A stretch of DNA of 39,786 nt from positions 6,115 to 45,900 of the forward strand of contig NMRA01001160.1 of the NCBI GenBank assembly GCA_002633005.1, in the 5' to 3' direction. Source of the stretch: Phoronis australis. Lineage: Eukaryota > Animalia > Phoronida. The stretch's first letter is position 1; each line of letters opens with the position of its first letter. The translations under genes were made by a program, and so were the position numbers. This document shows positions 1 through 10,740 of this stretch, piece after piece. The notes beneath the pieces were generated by a model. The model was not told the DNA's origin. It worked only from the letters and a program-made list of their open reading frames with translations, and did no database searches.

Positions 1-3000
1 AGCCCCCTGTGTGACGTGGTGCGCCACCCACGCGGCTGTGCCATAACCATAGACTAAACATAACGAGTCTCTACATGTATGCCATAACTACCATTGCCGG
101 GTGACAGAAGTTCTATCTCGCTACAAGGGTACCGACGTAAAGGATTGCTTACTTTTTGTCAGCGAAACATACATTTCACACTTACCCTGTGTACCTTCAG
201 ATCCTCAGTGGTAGCAGGAACTTCAGTCCACGCAAGGTCGTTAGCACGCTTCCAGCGATATCGCACGTCATATTCGCGAGCCCAAGGGATCGACTTGCTA
301 TGGAAAGTGTAGTCACCAAACAACTCGATGAAGGCAGAAAATCAGCCAGATTGACGTTGACTTCATGCTTTGTGCTAGAAGGGACGTGTTTTCAATAGGG
401 CTAAAGAAAAGAACTCCGCTGAAGCACAAATATTTCCAAACAAACAGTTGTTTTTCTGTTCGGTGTATAATCGCCTGGGAAAAATAACAAAACGCCTTTG
501 AACTTATCATTGAACAGTACTATTGAGTCGGTAAGCGCACAAAACGCGTTGTACCCATAACGCTAAACCCTCGTGAGAGACCGCCCCGAGATGGATGCTG
601 GAGCAACTCGGGGCGGTCTGGGATCAAGCGGAAAAACCACAGGGTAAATCTGTGGTCGACGAATCTATTCGGTCGATTACATTTTATTGCCCGTGAAGAC
701 GCTAAGGGCTGCCTGAAGAAATATGACTCGCGCGTTTTTATTTTCGCCTTTTTCAATAACATGTAAAAGATTCATCAACAAATTCCTCGTAAAATTCTGA
801 AAACAAGCGTTTTTCTCCCACGAAAATCGATGAAGTTTTGGCCGAAATATTTCACTTTCAGTCCAGGCTAGCCCTGCACACTCAGAGAATCGTCACACAA
901 GATTACTACGCGGTAATGCGGTTNACATGTACAGAGTTCGGTAGGCCAAGTTACTGAGGTCAGTCGCGGGAAGTTTGGATCTGTTCGGTGGTAAATTAGA
1001 ATTAAATTATTCTTCGTAAAATACAGACAAAAAGCATAGTCGTGTGTTGATATTTTAGATTGGCATTTTTTTCTATTTCTGTTTTAAACACACAAAACGC
1101 TAGTTTTAACGCTAGTGCTAGGAACCCGATTTGGCCCGTCACCGGCGGCCGGACTGGAGACGTCACAGACGTAAACCATTCGGGTTAGCACGGCTGCCAA
1201 CGTTGAAAATTAAATTTCCAGTCACAAAAAACGCTAGATTAATTAACCAAATAAATAATGTGCACGTGAATATTTTGGTAAAACGCCGAATACATGTATT
1301 TGCAAATCCATAACGCTAAACCCTCGTGAGAGACCGCCCCGAGATGGATGCTGGAGCAACTCGGGGCGGTCTGGGATCAAGCGGAAAAACCACAGGGTAA
1401 ATCTGTGGTCGACGAATCTATTCGGTCGATTACATTTTATTGCCCGTGAAGCCGCTAAGGGCTGCCTGAAGAAATATGACTCGCGCGTTTGTATTTTCGC
1501 CTTTTTCAATAACATGTAAAAGATTCATCAACAAATTCCTCGTAAAATTCTGAAAACAAGCTTTTTTATCCCTTGAAAATCGATGAAGTTTTGGCCGAGA
1601 TATTTCACTTTCAGTCCAGGCTAGCCCTGCACACTCAGAGAATTGTCACACAAGATTACTACGCGGTAATGCGGTTTCACTGTCAACAAAGGAAGACGTC
1701 AAAATCGACTTATAATTGCCATTTTTAAACTATTTGCATGGTAAATTATCAAAATGTAAGTAAAATCGTACTCTATATTTTAACAAGAAAACAGCAGTTT
1801 CATTTTGATGAACATGTCTATAAGGACCTAACTCGCGCATGGTGGTGAGTAGTGAGTCCGGCCAACACGTGAGGATGGCTGTGTTGTTGTTTTTGCTCTC
1901 AATTCAAAAGTAGCCGTTTCAAAATGGAGGATGGACAGAAAATGCAGGCAGTTGACGAAAACGGCCATTGGAAGGAAGCAATTGAGCGGGGAGTAAATGA
2001 CAGCGCTGGGAATTCACGTCGGTTTTCCTGGATGGCCGTCTGAGTTTGACCAGCTCGTCGAGCCGTGATTCGTGAGAGGCTGAGCCGATCGACTACGTCG
2101 GGCTCGGTACCTGGACCTGGTGAAGAAAAACGTAAGTATTTTTTTGTCATCCCTTATGCTCGCATGATGCTGTTGGCTGTATAGATAAAGTATACCGTGT
2201 TTGCGTGGGATTTTGTGTTCATGAAATTACAGACTATGTACATCTACCACATTTAAAGTCAGAGAAACATTGTTACTTAGTGAAAGATAAACGTCTGAGC
2301 GAATATACCATGGTGCCTTCAATGTTGTGTTTGTTCTTTGTAAAGTTGATTTACTGTAACAAGTCCGATGTTGTCGGATTGAATTGGTATTCCGGGATTT
2401 TCAATGCCGGTGGCAGATCCAGAATTTTTGGAAAGGTGTTCGCAAATGAAATAATGTCAAGCCATTGTTTTAAATTACCATTTAAGTTTTATTAATAAGA
2501 GGTGGAGACAGCAATCTTCAGCCGTGTCTTTGTTACCTTGTTCTCATTTCTTTACATTTAGTTATGTTTCATTTCATTGTTTTCTGTAGATCCCCCCAAC
2601 CCCCTTGCTATAGTGCACTCTCTGTTGACTGAATTTGATGACATAATATATTGATAAGCCATTGTATTCTGCATACCAGTACTAGCTTAACCCTTAGTCC
2701 TGCACACCTGCCCTATTGTTCACTCTTGACTTTTGTTTACAAAATAATCCAGTCCAGTCTACACCCTGATTGCTTAGTTTAATATTTACCAGTGAGTAAA
2801 CTGTATTTCACTTGTTGAACCTTTTCTTACTATCATGCAGCTCTTGCTTGACAGTGCACATGTACTTTTATCTCCTCTTTTTCGAACCACTCATTAAAGC
2901 GTTTTATGGGGTTTGGTGAATGTTTTCATCGTTGGTTTCTAATTCGTTCAACTGCTTCCCAAAACTCCTGAGTCCTGAGCATTGAGCAACACTCAACAAT

Positions 3001-6000
3001 CCCTCTAAAAAATGATGCCCTTCCAAACAGTGATGTGACCTTTTGACTACATGAGTGTAAGCTGTGGTACACTACTGCACATGCACAAGGTCATCAGCAC
3101 CAGAAGTTTTAAAATCACACCACCAAAACTGTGACTGTTTACATTTCAGAGAGCTTGCCGTGACAATTTCAAGAAGGTATACCGCTTGACAGTTGCATTT
3201 ATGTACACATTGAAGCCTGGAGAATACAGACTTGATCAGGGCTTGGGATTTCCGTCTTTTAAGAGGAATTCCTTTTTTGGTGTCGATTTTCTCTGGATTT
3301 CCAGTTTCCTCTTTTTATGATTTTTTCGACTTCATTAAATGTTTAGTTCAGGTAAATTTTACATCCAAAAANCGTTGAAGCCTGGAGAATACAGACTTGA
3401 TCAGGGCTTGGGATTTCCGTCTTTTAAGAGGAATTCCTTTTTGGTGTCAATTTTCTCTGATTGGATTTCCAGTTTCCTCTTTTTATGATTTTTTCGACTT
3501 CATTAAATGTTTAGTTCAGGTAAATTTTACATCCAAAAATGTCTATCACCCAAACCTATTTTTTGTGTATCATACATCAGCTGGAAATTTCTCCGCTGTT
3601 TTTGTTATTGCTCATTCCAAGCTCTGCTTATGTTTCGTGAAGTAACTTGAATGGATTTCATAACATACCAGTTTATTGTACTGGATTCTTCTTGGGTTTA
3701 TCAACTGTAAACTAACACTAATAGGAGCATAGGATAATAGCCACCTGTCTTAAGTTCGCACAAAAGTAGAGTACAAAATTCCAAACGTAATTTCGAGTTC
3801 CAATTCCTGTAAAAAGATCAATGACGGGCCCAGGTATCAATTCCGGTATTTTTGGCACTTAATCGTGTTTGAAAGTGTTGTACTGTGTTTGGAAATTTGT
3901 TTGAAAAGCTGTTTTTTTCTGCTTAACAGCGTATGACCTTACTGGATTTAAGGGCCCCACCAGAGCATTTATTAGTGTGCCCTCCACTCATTTCCAATGT
4001 TCTATGTATATCAAATGCTTTGAGATGCCAGCAGGGTATTCTGCATGCAGCTTTGTTGTGGTCAGTGAGAATGTCCTACTCACATGTGTATGAATGCATA
4101 GTATGTGCACCTCATTCATGTACCACACCAGTATTGCCTGTGTGGTTATGGAAATGTGTAAGCTGCTTGTGTTGTATGGGCATTGTTGAGCTTGAAATGC
4201 TAGTTTTACTCCTATAAAACTAGGGATGTATTTATTGCGACATGTCTCCGTTATTGTTGTTACTAGTTTATTGCTTAACCAGTGTATCTATTTTGAATAT
4301 TCTTCAAGCCTTGGATGACTGATCTTTTCAGTTTAGGATAGTTATTGTTTGCATCCCAAGAAATGAATTACATACTGTCTTTTTTAGTATTTTTATTCAG
4401 TGACTCCTGGTGTGGTTTTGAAAATGGTTGTTTTTTAGGCTGAAATGCAGATTTTTTACCAAGTTCTGCAATGACCCTGTCATTTCCACATGGTTATCTT
4501 GAAAAGCAAATTCTTGTATACATATTATTGTCATCTTGTGAGGTGTGCAATTTATTGCGGTTTTCAGTGACTGGTTCCACCAGGGATAGCAGTATTGTGC
4601 ACCTACCGGTACTTTGCTCAAACCCATGTTTCATATTATTATATTGATAACTTTTCCTCGTGAAGGTAGTGATCTCAGCAGTTATATCACTTATGGTGTT
4701 TTGTCAAGTAGTAGAACCTTGTACTGCTATGACACAAATTTTGAAGGTTTCTATGTTGTAGTTAAGTCCCACTTTAAATATTTTGCTCACCATGTGAGTT
4801 ATTGTTTACATGGAGGGATTCATACTTATGGATGATCTCATCAGGGATTGCATGTAACACTATTTGGGTGTGTATATTTGTTACATGTTCATTGTATAAA
4901 GTGTATTGTTTATATTGCAGAGTTTATAATTGTTAGTTAAAAAGATTTCGGTAGGTTATCTCAACAGTGCTTAGTGCATGTTTTGCTCATCCTGTGAAAT
5001 GTAATATTTATACTGAAGAGTTTATCATCGCTAGTGCCTGTGTCCCTTATTGCTTTTCCCATAGTATGAACAACTAGTCATGTTAACGTTTGAAATTCTC
5101 ATGTACAATATATATTACACTCTTCCGAAATCTTACACTTATTTTCATTGCCCAAGCACTAATCTGAAGAGTGGCCTACTAGTTATGTGGAATGCGCACA
5201 ATGCATTGTTAAAGCGAGGTGATCGTATGCCGCTGGGTTTTTGTTTTCTTACTCTTTGTGAACGCAGTGCCTGTAATTCGCATTTATTCCTAAGTTTATG
5301 CAATCATTTTAAATTACAAAACATGAAACCCTGGGAACCGGTGGGGCAGTTAAATTTTGACATCGACAATATATACGTGTCATTTGAAGTAGTAGCCCGT
5401 TGTAGGGTGCCACGACCAAAAATATGGGTACACATCACATGTTTAACCACAAACAACAAGTGAAAGAGTTACTTTTTCAGGTAAGCGACGCGTTGCGCGC
5501 TTTGGTTGTTTTTGTCCGTTTTAGGTGGCAAGTGGCGCTTTTTTCTTTGACGATTTCGCTGAGGTACGTTTCAGAAAATCGTACTGTAGGCCTAAGTCAT
5601 TTTTTCTGTGCCAGTTCATTTAGGTACACAGCAACTGAAAAAATGGATAAATCACGTCATTTTAAATCTCCATATCGCTCCGTTATGGCCACTTCGACTT
5701 GGATGGATTTTGGCTCTTTCAAACACTCCTCCATGCTCTATTTTTTGAAGTTCGTTAACGAAAACGCGTACCAGGATGTAAGGTTCGTGCCCTCCCCCTC
5801 GAGTTTTAGTTGGTAATTTTGACATGAAGATGATGGTGATATTTATGCGTTCCTTGACGAGAATTCCAGCAAGTCAAGTTTTGCCTAATTCAGCTTTTCA
5901 TTCATTTTTATACCGTGTATGGTCGCTGGCAAAATAAGATACCATCAAGATTTTAGTCTAGATGTTTCCTAACTCGATTTTTAGCCATAACACTGAGCGC

Positions 6001-6743
6001 GCAAGAGAAGACGGAACATATTTGCGACGTTTCGTTTACTCAAAGTTAATGAGCCTAAACGTCAGAAAATATTTGTTTTCTCTTTCTCGCTTATAATGAT
6101 TTTCAAGGGTTTCCGTTATTCAATTTCGGCAAGGTCGTCGCTTTCTCGCAAAACTACCGATTGGATGATCAATTACGCACTTATTTACTCTCCGTTTTAA
6201 CGTTGATCATCGTCAATACACCTCCAAAAATTGCACATCGTCTTTGCGCAAACTACATTGAGATTTAAGTCTCCCGAAAAAAGTTGACGATCGGATAGTG
6301 TTTAAAAGTCTAATTCTAAATTTCTCCAGTTAGTGCACAAATGAAGTAAAAGAAAGTAGTTCTGCTTGTCGCGTCAGCTGTTGGTATCATTATCTCGATT
6401 TATGACCCACAACGCGTGACTGGACAAAGCCTTTTCAATTTAGCCGGTGGAGCGTGAGACCCCTGAGGTCCCAATCGAGTCCTCACGACAACTTCGCGTT
6501 ATGAGTCCGCTCTTTTATTAACTACACAGCAAGAGATAGTTTTACATCACACCACGGCCGGGGGATTAACTGTGATTATGGAGGACTGCTACTCTCTTAG
6601 TTTGGCAGTTATGGCCTACTCCTCAAAGGAATGTCAACAACAAACCTGAATAGCAAATTCAGCCAAAACATTTGTTGTCATTGGTCAGAGTCACTCGATG
6701 AAGTGTAAACTGTTTCTACCCCAGTACAATGAAATGTGACAGT

Positions 6744-7005
6744 ATGCGAATTCTGATCCTTGGGAGCAGCCACGTACGTCGACTCCGCGACTACAAGTTG
6801 CGAGAGCCGTCCGACGAGCTTCACCTTCGACTTGCCTTTGATCCTACTGTCAAGATTGTTGGCGGAATGACCACCAGGTCACTATTTAGATGAACTCCAT
6901 GTGGTATCCAGTTTCCGGCCAGATGTCGTCATTCTGCACGTCGGTGGGAATGATTTGTCGACGGACGAACCGCCCCACGTTCACAGGCGTCTTGTTCAGA
7001 TGGTT
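6744..7005 (+). pseudogene. SGNH/GDSL hydrolase remnant (retroelement accessory type)
   Basis: ATG 6744 MRILILGSSHVRRL (block I), KIVGGMTT (block II), then after a frameshift near 6887 FRPDVVILHVGGNDL (block III). Truncated just before the 93-bp array. Not in the ORF track. Confidence 0.7.
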
Positions 7006-7035
7006 CCCCCGTCTGAAAGAGGACTAATGTGTGCG

Positions 7036-8242
7036 GGCTCAGATTCCTATAACGCGCAAGCTTCCGCGTTATAGGAATCCCGATTTTTAACGAACTTTCC
7101 CTCAAGTATTCTTTAAAATTCCTATCAGACTCAGATTCCTATAACGCGCAGGCTTGCGCAATATATGTAGGAATCCCGATTTTTTACGAGATTTCCCTAA
7201 AATATTCTTTAAAATTCCTATCAGGCTCAGATTCCCATAACGCGCAAGCTTGCGCAATATAGGAATCCCGATTTTTGAACGGGTTTTCCTTCAAATAATC
7301 TTTAAAACGCCTATTAGGCTCAGATTCCCATAACGCGCAGGCTTGCGCAGTATAGGAATCCCCATTTTTGAACAAATTTTCCCTCAAATAATCTTTAAAA
7401 CGCCTATCAGGCTCAGATTCCCATAACGCGCAAGCTTGCGCAATATAGGAATCCCGAATTTTGAACGAGTATTCCTTCAAATATTCTTTAAAATTCCTAT
7501 CAGGCTCAGATTCCCATAACGTGCAGGCTTGCGCAATATAGGAATCCCGATTTTTTACGAGTTTTCCCTCAAATATTCTTTAAAATTCCTATTAGTCTCA
7601 GATTCCCATAAGGCGCAGGCTTGCCCAATATAGGAATCCCGAATTTTGAACGAGTTTTCCTTCAAATATTCTTTAAAATTCCTATCAGTCTCAGATTCCC
7701 ATAACGCGCAGGCTTGCGCAATATAGGAATCCCGATTTTTGAACAAATTTTCCCTCAAATAATCTTTAAAACGCCTATCAATCTCAGATTCCCATAACGC
7801 GCAAGCTTGCGCAATATAGGAATCCCGATTTTTTACGAGTTTTCCCTCAAATATTCTTTAAAATTCCCTATCAGTCTCAGATTCCCATAACACGCAGGCT
7901 TGCGCAATATAGGAACCCCCGATTTTTGAACGAGTTTTCCTTCAAATATTCTTTAAAACGCCTATTAGGCTCAGATTCCCATTACGCGCAGGCTTGCGCA
8001 ATATAGGAATCCCCATTTTTGAACGAATTTTCCCTCAAACAATCTTTAAAACGCCTATCAGGCTCTGATTGCCATAACGCCCCAGCTTGCGCGTTATAGG
8101 AATCCCGATTTCTTAGCGAAGTTTACCTCAAATAATACTTAAAATGCCCATCAGCTTCAGATTCCTATAACGCCCAGCCTTGCACATTATAGGAATTTCG
8201 ATTTTTGAACGGAGTTTTTTCATAAGTCTTTAAAATGCCTAT
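7036..8242. repeat. Tandem array of 13 x ~93-bp units, each containing a ~38-bp palindrome
   Basis: The palindrome starts (GATTCC; GATTGC at 8067) at 7042, 7134, 7230, 7323, 7416, 7509, 7601, 7694, 7787, 7880, 7974, 8067 and 8160. Idealised palindrome GATTCCTATAACGCGCAAG|CTTGCGCGTTATAGGAATC. Confidence 0.95.
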
Positions 8243-9300
8243 ATCTTGTACATTCGTCTTTAATGATGTCTAAAATGTCAACACCACTAAACTGCATGAG
8301 TCGGGTGACGCATCACGTGTTTTCAGAGTTTTTTAGGCGTCCTCAGTCATCCGTCTTGGTATTCCCTTACGGGGGCCGTAATATAGTATATTTGATAAAT
8401 TGATTACAGTTCTGGACCACAAACTAAAAACATTATGAATGCCATGTTGCCAATATTATTGAACAGCACTTAGAAACAATTGAAAATTGCGCGATAACAA
8501 ATTGGTTCAATTGTCTCAATAATTTCTGATTGTTTCATTGTGACAAGTTGTGAAAATATCAAGTGAGTGAAAAAATTAGGTTTCAACCAAAAATACAAAT
8601 TGATTCTTCGACAGAGGTTTTCCCCACTGCTGTCTTGTTAATAACCACTCCCATTAATAAGGGGTTATTAATTTTTCTTTTAAGTTTTGAGGGTTGACCA
8701 GTACCATAGCATGATTTTATATTAAAGTGCAGTATGGGAAATGTGTTTACATGTATATCCTAGTTGAGGAGTCTTTGATAGAACATCCTTCATTGTCTTG
8801 CAAAATGCACATTTCCAAGTATCTGCTCATCATTGGCATGGTGAACAAAATAGCAGTAGTTCTGAGACATTCTTATTATTAAACTTCCAAATATACATCA
8901 GCAGTAAGCTTTTGAAATTCATCTGCCATGCCTTTGACTTGGAAGATTCCCAGTGTGTGATTCTAACCAATATCCTGAAATATAAAGAAAGTTTATGTTG
9001 TCAAAAGTTATCAAGAAAACAACATGATGACAGGAGAAAGCTTTATATTTTAAGGTAAACATGTAGGTTATCTCACATATTCTATCAAGAATTGATTTCA
9101 CCAGGTAATGTCCGAACGACACCAAAGATCAAGCTAGGATATTGCAGTAGAAGTATAACTATGTTTGTAGGATAACCTAGTTATCCAATACACATGAACT
9201 TATGTGTATGGCACCGACATGTTTTTGCCGTGTACTTTTTGTTGTTGGTATATGACGATATATATATGGCATATGCCAAGCACGGTACCACGCCAGTGGC

Positions 9301-10512
9301 AACAAGATTATCTGTGAAAGTGTTGAATAACTATTGCAGTTTGATTTCATAACAAATTGTTAAGAATTTTCAGTTTGTGACACATACAAGTGAAAACACT
9401 GAACCATAAAATAATATAAAAGTTCGGATCAAAATTAGGAACAATCCATGCAGAAATATAACAAGGGCAATTTTCATAATGATCTTTTGCACGGTTTGGC
9501 AAATACAGAAGCAGGCGACAAGCACAGACTAAAAAATAATTAAAATGGCCACTAGCTGGGGCAGAATACGTCAAATGCATCACAAAAAGGAAAGCAGTTG
9601 TCATCTTAATAAAAATGTGTTTGCCAAATTTCATGAACAAGCATAAAAATTCAGAAGTTACAAAGGCAAACGTAAAAAAGAAAACTGCCACTAGGGAATA
9701 CAGCAGAAGTTGGATTGAGAGGACAGTGTCATCTCAGTAGTCGAAAATCATCGTCAGTCCTCCTCACCACATTAGGAACATACATGCCAATTTCCACAAT
9801 CATCCTGAGAAAAAAAACAGACTCTAAAATAGTAAAAATGGCCACTAGGTGGCACAAAATAACTCTAATCAAACCTAAAAGAAAAGGAAAGCGTCACCAC
9901 ACTAACAGATGCCTAGCAGCCAAATTTTAGGGAAAATACGGTGAGTACCTTGAAGATACAGAGGTAAAGTTAAAAATAAAATAAAATTGCCAATAGGGGC
10001 ACACTAGTAGTTCAGTCCCTCCGAATGTCGACGTCGTCCGTTTTCAACTTCACATCAATACACTAGCCACCCTTTTCATAGTAAGAACATGCATGCCAAT
10101 TTCCACAATCACCCCTAGAGCAGTTTGGTTAATAGAAGGGCGCACAAAAAAACAGTAAAATTGCCAACCAGGTGGCGCAAAGTACATCTAATCCATCCAC
10201 AAACAAGAAGATAGCGTCATCTCATTAATAGTTACCTAACTGCCACATTTTACGAAAATCCAGTGATGACCTCCGAAGATACAGACTGAGATAAGTGTAA
10301 AAAACTAAAATTGTCACTAAGGAGTACACAAGTGGTCGGAGAAGTTCGAAATTTGCTCTCATCTGTTGTCAGCTTCACAGAAACACATCTGCTAAATCCC
10401 ATGAAGACCCTGTGAGGGGTTTAGGAGATACATGTACAGCAGCAGACGCCGGATGCCCATACAAGAGATGACAGCAATATGCACTCACATATAAATATGA
10501 AGGCGCATAAAA
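9301..10512 (-). mobile_element. Non-autonomous Helentron-like (HINE-type) element with diverged ~150-bp internal repeats
   Basis: The - strand starts with a T-run plus an imperfect hairpin (TTTTATGCGCCTTCATAT..ATATGTGAGTGCAT) and ends CTTGTT. An AAAATGGCCACTAG-like motif recurs near 9542, 9682, 9836, 9983, 10157 and 10307; CATGCCAATTTCCACAATC occurs at 9783 and 10092. Confidence 0.55.
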
Positions 10513-10659
10513 GCACATAATTGATATTATGATGCACTTTCCTGTTAACATCTGAGTTCTCAGTGTAGATAAACTGTATGCATACATAACAAAACCTTTT
10601 CGCATGATTTGAATTATAGCTTTGGCCGATTTTGTTAGGGGTACTAGTTAGTCGGCAAT

Positions 10660-10673
10660 AGCGGAGTTGCAAC
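10660..10673 (+). repeat. Left terminal inverted repeat
   Basis: AGCGGAGTTGCAAC; the match to the right end extends to 18 bp (10656-10673 vs 19555-19572) because the target site is palindromic. Confidence 0.9.
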
Positions 10674-10740
10674 GCCGCCATATTGGAAATGGGTCAGAAT
10701 GTTGCATTGTGGTTATAATGGTAAACTTCAGTTAACAAGT

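Noticed and set aside
186-366. Possible minus-strand exon ending in a strong GTAAG donor (IELFGDYTFHSKSIPWAREYDVRYRW...)
   Set aside because: No in-frame start or acceptor and no recognisable family; cannot be supported without transcripts.
555-1676. ~370-bp near-identical direct repeat (555-924 vs 1308-1676) with twin ORFs, LTR-like at first sight
   Set aside because: The first copy ends exactly at a single N (925) and the copies differ by a few SNPs; most likely two haplotypes joined in assembly. No TG..CA ends or PBS seen.
1923-2131. GC-richer exon-like segment with ATG and GTAAGT donor
   Set aside because: The ATG frame stops after ~39 codons and has no recognisable homology; may be a non-coding exon.
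3209-3539. Tandem duplication of ~165 bp
   Set aside because: The junction is a single N (3372); likely contig-overlap artefact.
7036-8242. CRISPR-like appearance of the palindromic array, and its 31-aa repeat ORFs (7184-7480, 7555-7758)
   Set aside because: The linkers are near-identical, not unique spacers, and there are no cas genes. The ORFs arise because 93 is divisible by 3 and are broken by 92/94-bp units.
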